DNA from: Octopus sinensis | Lineage: Eukaryota | Length of the DNA stretch: 64,000 nt | Assembly (NCBI RefSeq): GCF_006345805.1 | Contig: NC_043024.1 | Location: 19,468,001-19,532,000, forward strand | Direction: 5' to 3' | Shown here: one piece after another, positions 12,813 through 24,170 of the stretch | Layout: each line of letters opens with the position of its first letter | Numbering within the stretch: position 1 is the stretch's first letter | Program-made: the position numbers and the translations under genes | The notes under the pieces: model-generated | Databases searched by the model: none | Seen by the model: only the letters and a program-made list of their open reading frames with translations | What the model was told of the DNA's origin: nothing

Positions 12813-13353
12813 GATGCTTGAATCATAGCAGATGTATCTTTTAATGATCACGACACGGTTCAAATAAATCATATACACATCCAATGTTTGGCAGTCTTGG
12901 AATATTTCCAATTTCTCAATGTAAAATTTATACATAAAAGTTTGTTTCATGTTTAAAAGTCAAAGAAATTGAGTGTTAACAACAAATTTTGCAAGTGCAA
13001 ACACAAGTACCAGCTAATTGGTCAATGGGAATGGTAAATAAATCAAGAATGGAATTGAAAAGAGTAAAACATAGAATCATGTGAAATATTAACCCAGATT
13101 GCCTAATGGTACCGATGCACCAATGTCAAAGAAATAGCTGTCTGTTGAAGTTGATAAGGTTTTTGGAATTACATTCTCTTTGAAGTTCTACACCCAACAC
13201 TTTTACTCTTTTACTTGTTTCAGTCATGTGAAATGCTTGCAGAATTGTGGAAATTTATATATACATATATAAGTAGTACTTTAGGGCTCATGGATACAGC
13301 TTTACCAGTTAACCAAATGAGGCAATACCTTATCTGATGGCATATAAGAAACA

Positions 13354-13510
13354 CTCTCTTTTATTCTTTTACTTGTTTCAGTCATTTGATAGTGGCCGTG
13401 CTGAAGCACCGCCTTTAGTCGAGCAAGTCGACCCAGGACTTATTCTTTGTAATCCCAGTACTTATTCTATCGATCTCTTTTGCTGAACCACTAAGTTACG
13501 AGGACGTGAA
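13354..13510 (-). mobile_element. SINE family A, 5'-truncated
   Basis: Only the tail portion is present. Confidence 0.8.
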
Positions 13511-13571
13511 ATATATCTCTAGAATATTTTATTAAAAACTAAGCATTTTAAAGAAAGTTACCATATATATA

Positions 13572-13610
<39 letters not shown>

Positions 13611-13619
<9 letters not shown>

Positions 13620-13761
13620 TTAGAGATGAAACCACTATTATGCAACTCAAACAGTGATAGATATAAACCAAAATATAAATAACAAATAATATATATGTTT
13701 TGGTTTATGTCTATCACTGTTTGAGTTGCATAATAGTGGTTTCATCTCTAATTTATATTTT
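13611..13761. repeat. AT-rich fold-back element (short form)
   Basis: Arms of about 67 bp (AAATTAGAGATGAAACCACTATT... and its reverse complement) around a short spacer. Confidence 0.85.
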
Positions 13762-13762
13762 A

Positions 13763-14145
13763 CTAGCAGTATCGCCCGGCGTTGCTCAGGTTTGTAAGGG
13801 AAATAACTATAAAGCATTTTTAGAGAGTTATAGCCAAAAAATAGCAAAAAAATGGAAAAAAAATGATGGTAAATTTTTTTGAGAGTTAAAAAAGGTGGAG
13901 TTGCGTCCCCTAGACGGTCTGTGGTTTGGGTTTCTTTTTCTCGACCCCATGTCGAATTTATCGATCTTTTTCAGAACTGGGGGAACTTTTCAAAATTTTC
14001 GCTGCGTTAGTTTTGAATTATGACATTGGGCTATGTGTGTGTCAAGTTTCATCAGAATCGGTTGAAAGCCGTGGTCAGAGTGAGGGTACGAGAAAACAGA
14101 CACACAGAAAACGCACAGACAAACTGCCGTTTATATAGAGAGAGA
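13763..14145 (-). mobile_element. Non-autonomous Helitron-type element (Lep1/DINE-like layout)
   Basis: Minus strand reads A|TC...CTAG|T with a subterminal hairpin CCCGGCGTTGCTCAGG, an AAGTTTCATCAGAATCGG motif and an (ACAG) tract. Confidence 0.8.
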
Positions 14146-14446
14146 TATATTTATATTGTGAAATTTGATTTAATACTAAATTGAATTTTTCTCTGTAAGT
14201 TTGGAGTTATACTCTCTAATATTATATATATATACGTAAAGAGTGAGAGAGAGAGAGAGACCAACAGGTTTACAAACACATTACATTATACATAATCAAC
14301 AATAACAATTTTATGTATACATAAAAATGTGTGTGTATATATATCTTGATAATACTAAAACTCTAGGGATGTTTGTGTGCAAGTGAAATATCTCAGAAAT
14401 AGTATATTTTATCTTAATATTTTTACATATTTATTTTCATACTTAC

Positions 14447-14486
14447 CTTTGGCAGTGCAGTACAAATTTTTGCGACATTTGGACCT
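14447..14486 (-). other. Candidate 40-nt exon (unverified)
   Basis: Minus strand TTTAAACAG|AGGTCC...GCCAAAG|GTAAGTA. All three frames are open and no peptide is recognised. Confidence 0.25.
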
Positions 14487-14864
14487 CTGTTTAAATGATT
14501 AAACACAATTTTTGTTATTTCTTGATGAAAAAATACATGGCTTCCATGATGTCAATACACATACACACCGATAGAATACACACACATATAATGAATATCA
14601 TGGTGTGTCAATTAATACAAACACCCGTCTACTATCTGTGACATATACACACATAGTCTTCGTACTCTCTAAGAAAAAAGTCAACGACTTTTTGACATAC
14701 ACAATATTTTAATCATTTAGAAATAATTTTAACTGAATGTGATTTTATCATCTGGAGTTCGTTAATTTCCGTAAAATTTTTTATTTATTTACTTTTGTTT
14801 TAAAGTGAAAGAGATAAGAAAGTGAAGGATGTATGTATGTGTATATGAATTGGATGTGTGTAAA

Positions 14865-14899
<35 letters not shown>

Positions 14900-15690
14900 G
14901 AGTGAAGAGGTGTGTTGTCATGTATACATACATCAATACATATGCGTAAACCTTTTTTGTATGTACATGTACGTGTGAGAGTGTGTGTGTGTGAAAGAGA
15001 GAGAGAGAGTGAGTGAGTGAATGTGTGTATTCTTATGTGTGTGTAAGTGGCACATTCTATTTCTCTCTCCCACACACACACATCCATTTCATATACCCAT
15101 TCATACATCTTTCACTTTAAAACAAAAGTAACAGGTGATCTTCAGGATAAAAATTGTTAAAGAAAAGCTTCCATTAATTAATATTGCTTGGATGGTTCCA
15201 ATTAAATAAGTCCAGAAGTTACGTTAAATACATATCCATGCATATGTACGGTGAATCCCATTCTACAAAATATATATTTATAATCCTGTAACTTTGTGGT
15301 TCAGCAAGATTTTGTGAAATGTTTTAATGAAATCTTACAAATTTGCAGATTTGAAAGCGTAGATTAAGATAAACCATTTTTCATATTTTTTTTTTTTTTT
15401 TACAAATTTTATCTAGTTAATTGTGTTCTACATCCTTAAAATCATATCTGGAAAACTTCATTTAACAGAAAATTACATTTAAGAAAGTCCAATTAGGGAG
15501 GAGATTGCTCATCAAAATGAAAATTAAAAAAATTAAAATACCGATCTTATTTCCAATTTCACCTCCTCCTCATAATCCACAATCTAAAATTTATATCTGG
15601 AAATTTCAATTAAAAATATGCATCTAAAATCTAGTAGGGAAATTCTCATCAAAATGTAAATCTTGTGTGTGTGTGTGTATATACATATAT

Positions 15691-16100
15691 GGTGGTTGTA
15701 TATTCCTTATGTAGTGTCTGACCACCTTCTGTACTCACACCTTAAATCTATCATGGTGTTTGATGAGGCTTTTTAAACCAGAGACTGTTTTGAAAGACAC
15801 CCACATAAATTGCAAATCTGCTTTGGACCACCAAGAGCCGCAGTTAAGTTGTAATCTTAATGGATCTTAAAATGTCTTTTGAGGCATCCGTTAGATTTAA
15901 AGACTTCATGGCATACAGGGCAGTGACAAGTATGTACAGAGAGATAAGCAGAGTATGTACATACATACATATATGCATACATACATACAAGAGCAAAACG
16001 CCCCCCCACCGTCCAATAGAAGGTGCTGAGTTGTCAAACATTTAAACCAAATGTTCTCAAAACAACTTGTCCGACTGTCCCATAGGCCTCCCCTTTGAGA
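15691..16100 (-). mobile_element. Decayed RTE-like 3' end with two C2H2 zinc fingers
   Basis: CPVCHEVFKSNGCLKRHFKIH at 15922-15860, a stop, then CNLCG..FKTVSGLKSLIKHH at 15814-15753 with a 1-nt deletion. It has an ACAACCACC tail. Confidence 0.65.
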
Positions 16101-16377
16101 AACACTGATTTAACCTAAATTTGAGACACCAGCAAAAGAAGAAATAAAGATAGACTTTTTTCTATTCCAAAAGAAAAACGACTTTATTCACACAAATATG
16201 CAACCGAAGGGTTTAAAGTACCAGTAATGATAAGGCTATTGACTGGGAGAACACAAACATGGTTTAAACAGTAAGCTTGGCAGGAAAGAAACGTGTCTTT
16301 AAGCAGTACAAAAACAACAAAAAAATGGAAGGTGCAGTTATGTACAGGTTGACAGAAGAAAAGCAGGACAAAAACGA

Positions 16378-16623
16378 TGCATTCTTCTCGTGTATGTGTA
16401 GTATCGATCACAACAGCTGATGTACTTGCATGTATAAATGCACGTTCCCACGGCTTTATCGATCGCATTCTCACCTGGAATCGATTTTTGTAATTTTTTC
16501 AAGACTTATACACGCCCTGATACCGCTGGTGTCTACATATCAAATTTGAGTGCAACTGGATGGAGGGTGCCTGAGATCCTTGAAGACACATGCAGATAGA
16601 CAGAACGGATTTTATATAATAGA
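16378..16623 (-). mobile_element. Short Helitron/Helentron-like element
   Basis: Homologous in reverse orientation to 45285-45532. TC start on the minus strand and an internal hairpin near a CTAG-like motif. Confidence 0.6.
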
Positions 16624-17204
16624 TGATTGGTTTAATTCAGTTTCCATTTACCAAAACTACTCACAAAGTCTTTGATCAGCTTGAGACTAAAATGATAAGA
16701 AACTTGTCCAAGGTGCCAAGCACTGGGACTGAACTTGGAACCATGTAGTTCTTACAACACAGCAATGCCTGTACCTATATTGTAATGAAATTTAAATCCG
16801 GAAAACTTTCAACAAAATATTCAATCAATTTCATACATTTGCTTGGCTGCATTACATCTATTTTTCCATGCTAGCATGGGTTAGACATAGCAAAGAAACA
16901 GTTATTGTACTGGATGTTTTTTTATCTGTTCAATTAGGTTTTCCAAGGAAAGCAAATTTTATCAAACTGACTGAACATATTTTTGCTGAATATTTTTGTA
17001 AATTTATTGAATTCTTCAATAATCACAGAATCTAATTTATGTTACATTTATAATAATTGTTATCTTTGGATTTTGTCTCTCAACCTCTTTATTGCTATCT
17101 CAAGCTTTTACTCTATCTCTCTGTTATTGATTTTTTCCTATTTGGGTCATTACTGTGTTATCTATGCATTAGAGTTCTTGTGTTTTGTACTGAATGAACA
17201 AGTC

Positions 17205-17249
<45 letters not shown>

Positions 17250-17394
17250 TACATACATATATATATATATATAAATTAAATTAGAGATAAAACCACTATT
17301 AGGCAAATCAAACAATGAAAAACATAAACCAAATACATAAAAATAAAAATAATATTATAATATACAAGATATATAAAATATGCACACACACATT

Positions 17395-17451
<57 letters not shown>

Positions 17452-17489
17452 TATATATAGATATATAGATACATATATATATATATATA

Positions 17490-17698
17490 TATATATGAAA
17501 GAAGGTTTGAAATTGCAATTTTAAAAGATGTTTATTTACTTTACCGGTTTCACTTTTTAGAAAAAGATTGTCAAAAGTAACTTGTAAAACATGTTAAAAG
17601 TAACATGTTACTTTTGACAATCTTTTTCTTAAAAGTGGAACTGGTGAAGTAAATAAACATCTTTTAAAATTGCATTTTCAAACCTTCTTTCATATATA
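17490..17698. repeat. Palindrome with about 90-bp arms, each carrying a hammerhead-like motif
   Basis: Arms about 17490-17581 and 17607-17698 differ at about 5 positions. See findings. Confidence 0.9.
17536..17580 (-). ncRNA. Putative minimal type I hammerhead ribozyme, U3:A8 variant
   Basis: UUACUU-UUGACAA-U-CUUUU[UCUA]AAAAG-U-GAAAC-CG-GUA^AAGUAA. Confidence 0.5.
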
Positions 17699-17734
17699 AT
17701 TCCACTTGTGCGGTACCTTACAACTCCACTTTGT

Positions 17735-17766
<32 letters not shown>

Positions 17767-18139
17767 GTTATATATTGAGCAGTGAGAAAAAGTACTGACC
17801 ACTAACACAGCATTTTGTGGATAAGTATTTATTTGTGGATTGACAGTGCTAGAAACGGTTTCATCTGGGAAAATTTCCCCATTTCTTTAAGTGCTCAACA
17901 TTTAATTGCTGTGCAGTTATTTGAGAATTCAAAATTAAAAGATTCACAGATAAAGGGAAAGCCAATATATTGCAAAAAACAGTTACAGAAACCACTAAAT
18001 GAATTGTATCCTCTTTTGAGAATCCATTTACTCTTAAGTCCTGTAGAATCTCATGTAATGTCTTGTAGTATTGTCCTAAATGTTAGCAATTACCATCATT
18101 TTTAAGTGCAATGCTTGCAGAATTGTGGAAATTTACATA

Positions 18140-18640
18140 TATATATATATATATAAATTTATAATAATAATATTAGGGAGTATATCCAAACTTACAGGGA
18201 AAAATTAGATTTAAGATTAAATCAAATTTCACAGTATAAATATAAATTAAATTAGAGATAAAACCACTATTAGGCAAATCAAACAGTGAAAAACATAAAC
18301 CAAAACATAAAAAACAAAAATAAATATAATTAATATAATATACAAAAAATATATAAAATTTAAAATTTAAATTATTGAAATTTGAAATTTTGAAATTTAA
18401 ATTCACAAATTTTTATATTTTTATATTTTAAACTTTTTTTTAAACTAACCAAAAAGTATTAAAAAGTTTAATATAATATAATAAGTAATTTAAATTTTAA
18501 ATTCTATATTTTATATATTTTTTGTATATTATATTAATTATATTTATATTATTTGTTTTTTATGTATTGGTTTATATCTATCACTGTTTGAGTTGCCTAA
18601 AAGTGGTTTTATCTCTAATTTAATTTATATATATAAATTT
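18140..18640. repeat. AT-rich fold-back element (long form), same family as 13611-13761 and 17270-17400
   Basis: Arms about 18240-18365 and 18498-18628. It is inserted into a segment whose empty copy is at 13231-13351. Confidence 0.8.
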
Positions 18641-18949
18641 ATATATACATATATAAGTTGTACTTTAGGGCTCATGGCTACAGCTTTACCAGTTAACCAA
18701 ATGAGGCAATACCTTATCTGATGGCATATAAGAAACTCTGCTTATCAAAAAAAGATTTCAGAAAGGAAAACAGTCACCTAAGGTTTTATATGCAAAGTTG
18801 GACCACATTTCTTGGTTTAACACACTGAAAACATTTTTCTTGAATATATGTTGTTGAAATTGGAAAGTATCTAATATACCAGTGCCTCTTTCGTGCCATT
18901 AAATACAGTGTGTGTGTAGATGTGAGTGTATATCTATATATACAGAAAT

Positions 18950-19134
18950 GTTAGCATGCCGGGCAAAATGCGTAGCCGTATTTCGTCTGCCGTTACGTTC
19001 TGAGTTCAAATTCCGCCGAGATCGACTTTGCCTTTCGGGGTCGATAAATTAAGTACCAGTTACGCACTGGGGTCGATGTAATCGACTTAATCCGTTTGTC
19101 TGTCCGTGTTTGTCCTCTCTGGGTTTAGCCCCTT
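18950..19134 (+). mobile_element. SINE family B, head-truncated
   Basis: B core and GTTTAGCCCCTTG tail. Confidence 0.8.
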
Positions 19135-19472
19135 GCCTAGGGAAAGCCCACAGCAATATCATATCTTCTCCACTATGATTCCCTAAAACTTGAGAACTAC
19201 ACAACCAATTTCATTCAAATTTTACACATGCCTTACTTAGGGTCCATGAAGTTTCATGGGCAAAAACAATGTTCAACTTCTTGCCTAGAGCGAGCCCATA
19301 GCAATATCATATCTTCTCCACTATGATTCCCTAAAACTTGAGAACTACACAACCAATTTCATTCAAATTTTACACATGCCTTACTTAGGGTCCATGAAGT
19401 TTCATGGGCAAAAACAATGTTCAACTTCTTGCCTAGAGCGAGCCCATAGCAATATCATATCTTCTCCACTAT
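19133..19472 (+). repeat. 148-bp tandem repeat, 2.3 copies
   Basis: GCAATATCATATC at 19153, 19301 and 19449. The two full units appear identical. Confidence 0.95.
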
Positions 19473-20404
19473 TTCAGTATTATGTGTTAAAAGTGAAACA
19501 AAAGCATTTCTCTATTTTATGTCAGATACTTTCACTTTAACAATAAAAATGATAATAACAATTGAATTATATGTAGTAAGTAATAATTAAAATCAAACAA
19601 AAGTATAATATTATCGTAACAACAAAAGTAAGAATATAGCAATTGGTATAAAATTGCATCAATGACTTGAACTTGAATCAGTGGTTTCACATGAATGGAA
19701 TAAATAAAAAATAAAATTTAAGTGCAGAAATGGAATAGTCCAGATGGATGTGTGCACGGCTTTTACATTAGATTATTTGCTAATTAGCTAGCATTAAGCA
19801 TTCTACTGAGTACCACTGTTAGTTTATTTCTGATCCATAAAGGCCTATAGCTTCAACAGACTACTGCCTTTTGGTTTACTGTAAGGTTTGTTGTTATTAT
19901 TTCTGTTTAACTATTGTTATCACGTTTGTTGGTTCCTCGAAAGAGAAGCATTGTTGTGTTGCATTTGCTAAATAATTGTAAACCGTAACCCTCCCCCTTT
20001 GGGAGAAGGAGCTTCGGTTATTGTTTAAAAATTGAATTGTGTCCCTGTTTGGGGAAATTGACAATATTTTCACCGTTTACATGGAAGTATTTTTGTTAAA
20101 ATGTCTTCGATAGAAGAAAGTCCAAAAATGGATTTCGCTGCAGCCGTCAGATTGTAGCCACACACTTCTATACAAGAGGGAGGACAAGATACAATTGATT
20201 GAAATTACAAGAGACAGGCTAACAATTCCAGTCTGTTATATATTTTGAGTATCGTTATCACTAGCGATATCAAGATATAACTTTGTATTTTGTATTTTAT
20301 GTGTAGATGTATATATATAGATGTACATGTAATATGTACACATATATATACATGCACTATCACTATGACCCGGCAACGACGGGTCTTTAATGCTAGTATA
20401 TATT

Positions 20405-20436
<32 letters not shown>

Positions 20437-20975
20437 CTATATTTGATGGCATATAAGACATAGGTTTTTAAAAGAAATGTCTTGTATGAGAAAAATTACC
20501 TTAGGTCATATGTGCAAAGTTGAGTGTATTTTGCATGCATTAACTCACTAAATATTGTTTTCCCCGAATTTACTCGTGTGTCTTTTATGCCATCAATTAC
20601 AGAAATGACTTTTCGGTCAATAATTCCCACCAATAACAACCTAATTGTTCTGAGCACAACAACACAAACATACATCTCAAACAGACACACAATAAACGTT
20701 CCTGTTGTGTAACATTTGCATTTTTTGGCAATTTTCATTACAATCCTTGAATGATAAATTCTAGCAGTCAACTGGTTTTGTAATAAATGGGTTTTGCAGA
20801 AGAAAATGACTCTATTTTCCTAATTTAACTGTTTTACTGCGATGATGATATTACCAATAATGTTCACATACAACTTTGAAAGAATATTTTGTCAATTTGC
20901 AATCCTACTGACGTTTCCAATAAATCATTTTATATCACATTTATTATTATTATTACTATTCTTCTTATTATTATT

Positions 20976-21362
20976 AAGGTGGCGAGCTGGCAGAATCGTT
21001 AGCACGCCAGGCAAAATGCTTAGAGGTATTTCATCTGCCGCTACATACTCAGTTCAAATTCCGCCGAGGTCAACTTTGCCTTTCATCCTTTCAGGGGTCG
21101 ATAAATTAAGTACCAGTTACACGCTGGGGTTGATATAATCGGCTTAATCCGTTTGTCTGTCCTTGTTTGTACCCTTGTGGGTAGTAAAGAAATAGGTATT
21201 TTCTCTTTCACTTTATTCTGAATTTAAATTCCACCGAGGTTAACTTTGCCTTTCATCCTTTTGGGGGTTGATAGAATAAGTACCAGTTAGGCAATGGGGT
21301 TGATGTGATCAACTAGATCTCTCTCCCAAAATTTCAGGCCTTGTGCCTATAGCTGAAAGCAT
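20976..21362 (+). mobile_element. SINE family B dimer with two different tails
   Basis: The first unit ends AAAGAAATA|GGTATT. The second ends in the CCCAAAATTTCAGGCCTTGTGCC tail. Confidence 0.8.
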
Positions 21363-21371
21363 TACTATTCA

Positions 21372-21407
<36 letters not shown>

Positions 21408-21507
21408 ATTATTATTATTATTATCATTATTATCTCTCTAACGAAACTAACACAATCAGACCCACTTGTACAATAGTGCTACTATAGTTTCCACCAAAGG
21501 CACAACT

Positions 21508-21670
21508 GATGCTGGTGTGTTTGCATCCCTGTAACTTAGCGGTTCGGCAAAATAGTCCAATAGAATAAGTACTAGGTTCGCACAGAATAAGCTCTGGGGT
21601 CGATTTGGTCGACTAAAGGCGGTGCTCCAGCATGGCCACAGTCAAATGACTGAAACAAGTAAAGAGAGAA
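21508..21670 (+). mobile_element. SINE family A tail
   Basis: 3' half of the consensus. Confidence 0.8.
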
Positions 21671-21694
21671 AGATTATATATATATATATATATA

Positions 21695-21919
21695 TGAATA
21701 AATGAAAGAATGGAGTCGAACGAAGATGTTAACAAAATTCCTTTACTCTCGACATATGTTTCGAAGACAGCATGTTTTCATTCCAAAGGAATAAAAGGTG
21801 CTTTATGCAATCTTCTCATCAGGAAAGAAAGGGAGCCTCTCTTGACAACAAGACAAACAAAAATTTCGATGACTGCCTACATGGTAAACAAAGCGATAAA
21901 CATAGGATAAGTCATTCAC

Positions 21920-21925
<6 letters not shown>
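21695..21925 (-). mobile_element. Putative solo Penelope-like LTR or retrozyme-like unit between (TA)n tracts
   Basis: About 230-bp unique insert flanked by (TA)n on both sides and carrying a hammerhead motif. No ORF. Confidence 0.5.
21740..21832 (-). ncRNA. Type I hammerhead ribozyme motif, intact core
   Basis: CCUUUCUUUC-CUGAUGA-GAAGA...UCUUC-GAAAC-AUAU-GUC^GAGAGUAAAGG. All three helices can be paired. Confidence 0.85.
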
Positions 21926-21969
<44 letters not shown>

Positions 21970-22626
21970 GTGCATATAATAAGACTGGTACTCTGTCAGT
22001 TACAACAACAATGGTTCCAGTTTGATCCGATCAACAGAGCTGTTGCTCATGAAATTAACATGTAAGTGGTTGAGTATTCCACATACACGAGTACTGTTAA
22101 CATAGTTCTCAAAGAGATTCAGTGTGACACAGAATGTGACAAGGCTGGCCCCTTTGAAATTCTGGTACAACTCGTTTTTGCCAGCTAAGTGGACGTGAGT
22201 AACATGAAATAAAGTGTCTTGCTCCAGGACACAGGTCACCACTAGGAATTGAACTCATGACCTTATAATCGTGACCTGAATGCCCCCAAGCATTCATGAT
22301 ATAAGTATCATTCAATACAACGAATAAGATCTTTAATGAAAAGATAACACAGACTTGATCCGAACGGAACAGATCAATAACGGAAAAACAGATTAAAAAA
22401 GGAAACAATGGACGCTGAAGATGGAGACAGATAAGAAAGAAGAAGAGATAAAAATAATTATCAATGTTTGATAAAATAGATTTGCTAATTGTTGAAGAAT
22501 TTGATAAATTTAGTAAAATATTCGGTGAGAATACGATTTGTCTGTTCTGTGATATTTGCTTTTCTATGAAAACGTAATTGAACAGATATCAGATGGTTTA
22601 GTTCTTAAACAAACATGGTTGTGTTT

Positions 22627-23022
22627 GGCGCAGGAGTGGCTGTGTGGTAAGTAGCTTGTTTTACCAACCACATGGTTCCAGGTTCAGTCCCACTGCATGG
22701 CATCTTGGGCAAGTGTCTTCTACTATAGCCTCGGGCCGACCAAAGCCTTGTGAGTGGATTTGGTAGACGGAAACTGAAAGAAGCCCGTCGTATATATGTA
22801 TATATATGCGTGTGTGCATTTGTGTGTCTGTGTTTGTCCCCCCAACATCACTTGACAACTGATGCTGGTGTGTTTACATCCCCATAACTTAGCGGTTCGG
22901 CAAAAGAGACCGATAGAATAAGTACTGGGATTACAAAGGAATAAGTCTCGGGGTCGAGTTGCTCGATTAAAGACGGTGCTCCAGCATGGCCACAGTCAAA
23001 TGATAGAAACATGTAAAAGAGA
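22627..23022 (+). mobile_element. SINE family A
   Basis: Full consensus. Confidence 0.9.
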
Positions 23023-23281
23023 GAAAGTGAGAAAGAGAGAGTGTGTATGTGTGTTTAATTATTTTGCTTCACAACCTCGTATTTTCTGGTTCAATCCCAC
23101 CACATGGTCAAGTATTTTCTGCTATAACCTCTCAACCACATGATTTTGGGTTCAGTTCCGCTGCTTGGTACCTTGAGCAAATGTCTTCAGTTTTCAACCG
23201 AGGTCAACCAAGACTTTGTCAGTGGATTTTGTATATGGAAACTAAAAGAAGCTTTAACATAGCGGCATATATAGATATGTG

Positions 23282-23697
23282 TGTGTAGAGGACCTTGATG
23301 GCAGAGATGATTTTGTCTGGAATCCCATAGAGCTTAAGGATTTCAAACATCTTGTACCTATCTACAGAGTCGAATGCTTTAGAAAAGTCTACAAACACCA
23401 TTGCAAGATTGCGATTAAATGCATTTGATTCTTCAATGAGTCTCTTGTGAAAGGTAGAAGAGTCCAGTTTGCTGGACATTGTTGTAGAGCTGAAAACAAG
23501 GTAATTTCTACTCTTCCCGTCTGGAAGCCATCTGCTCGCGTTACCAGAGGGCGCACACTCTCCTACCTTGATGTAATCTCCAGGGATATAGGCATCCAGC
23601 AACAGGACCTCCGTAATGCTATGATAGACTGTGAGGTCTGGTGTAGCATGGTAAATCCCATTGTCTTGACCACAGTCGAACAATGATGATGATGTGT
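23282..23697 (+). mobile_element. RTE LINE fragment with 5' inversion
   Basis: 23282-23445 encodes the RT segment RLIEES...VFVDFSKAFDSV...GIPDKII on the minus strand. 23446-23686 encodes the C-terminus RRVQFAGHCCR... on the plus strand, with a (TGA)n tail. Confidence 0.88.
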
Positions 23698-23939
23698 GTG
23701 TGTGTGTGACCCTGTCTTGATATCATATGATAATTGTAAATGAGTGTCACTGTCATACAAGCAGTGTCGTTCGTTCCATTATTCTGCTAAAACATGTCTG
23801 GCCATTTTAGCAGAATACTGGAGCAATTTTTCTACAGCTGGATACCTTACCTGTCATCCAGCTTTTACCTGTTTACAAGCAGACATGTACATGTCACTGA
23901 CACAGGTGCTATTAACGTGTCACAGGTATGGGTGCTTTT

Positions 23940-24170
23940 AAGGTGGTGAGCTGGCAGAAACGTTAGTACGCCGGGCGAAATGCTTAGCGGTATTTAGTCT
24001 GCCGCTACGTTCTGAGTTCAAATTCTGCCGAGGTCGACTTTGCTTTTCGTCCTTTCAGGGTCGATTAAATAAGTACCAGATACGCACTGGGGTCAATGTA
24101 ATCGACTTAAATCATTTGTCTGTCCTTGTTTGTCCCTTCTATGATTAGCCCCTTGTGGGTAATAAAGAAA
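23940..24170 (+). mobile_element. SINE family B monomer with about 20-bp target-site duplication
   Basis: ACAGGTWTGGGTGCTTTTAA at about 23921 and 24170. Confidence 0.88.

Larger units (their letters stand above)
18933..20396 (+). mobile_element. Helitron-type element containing a SINE B fragment and a 148-bp tandem duplication
   Basis: A|TC at 18933. The 3' hairpin GACCCGGCAACGACGGGTC is followed by CTAG|T at 20393-20397. The 3' end resembles the 2949 element. Confidence 0.6.

Noticed and set aside
12191-12950. ORFs of 211 and 222 aa rich in Ser/Leu
   Set aside because: They come from the GA microsatellite.
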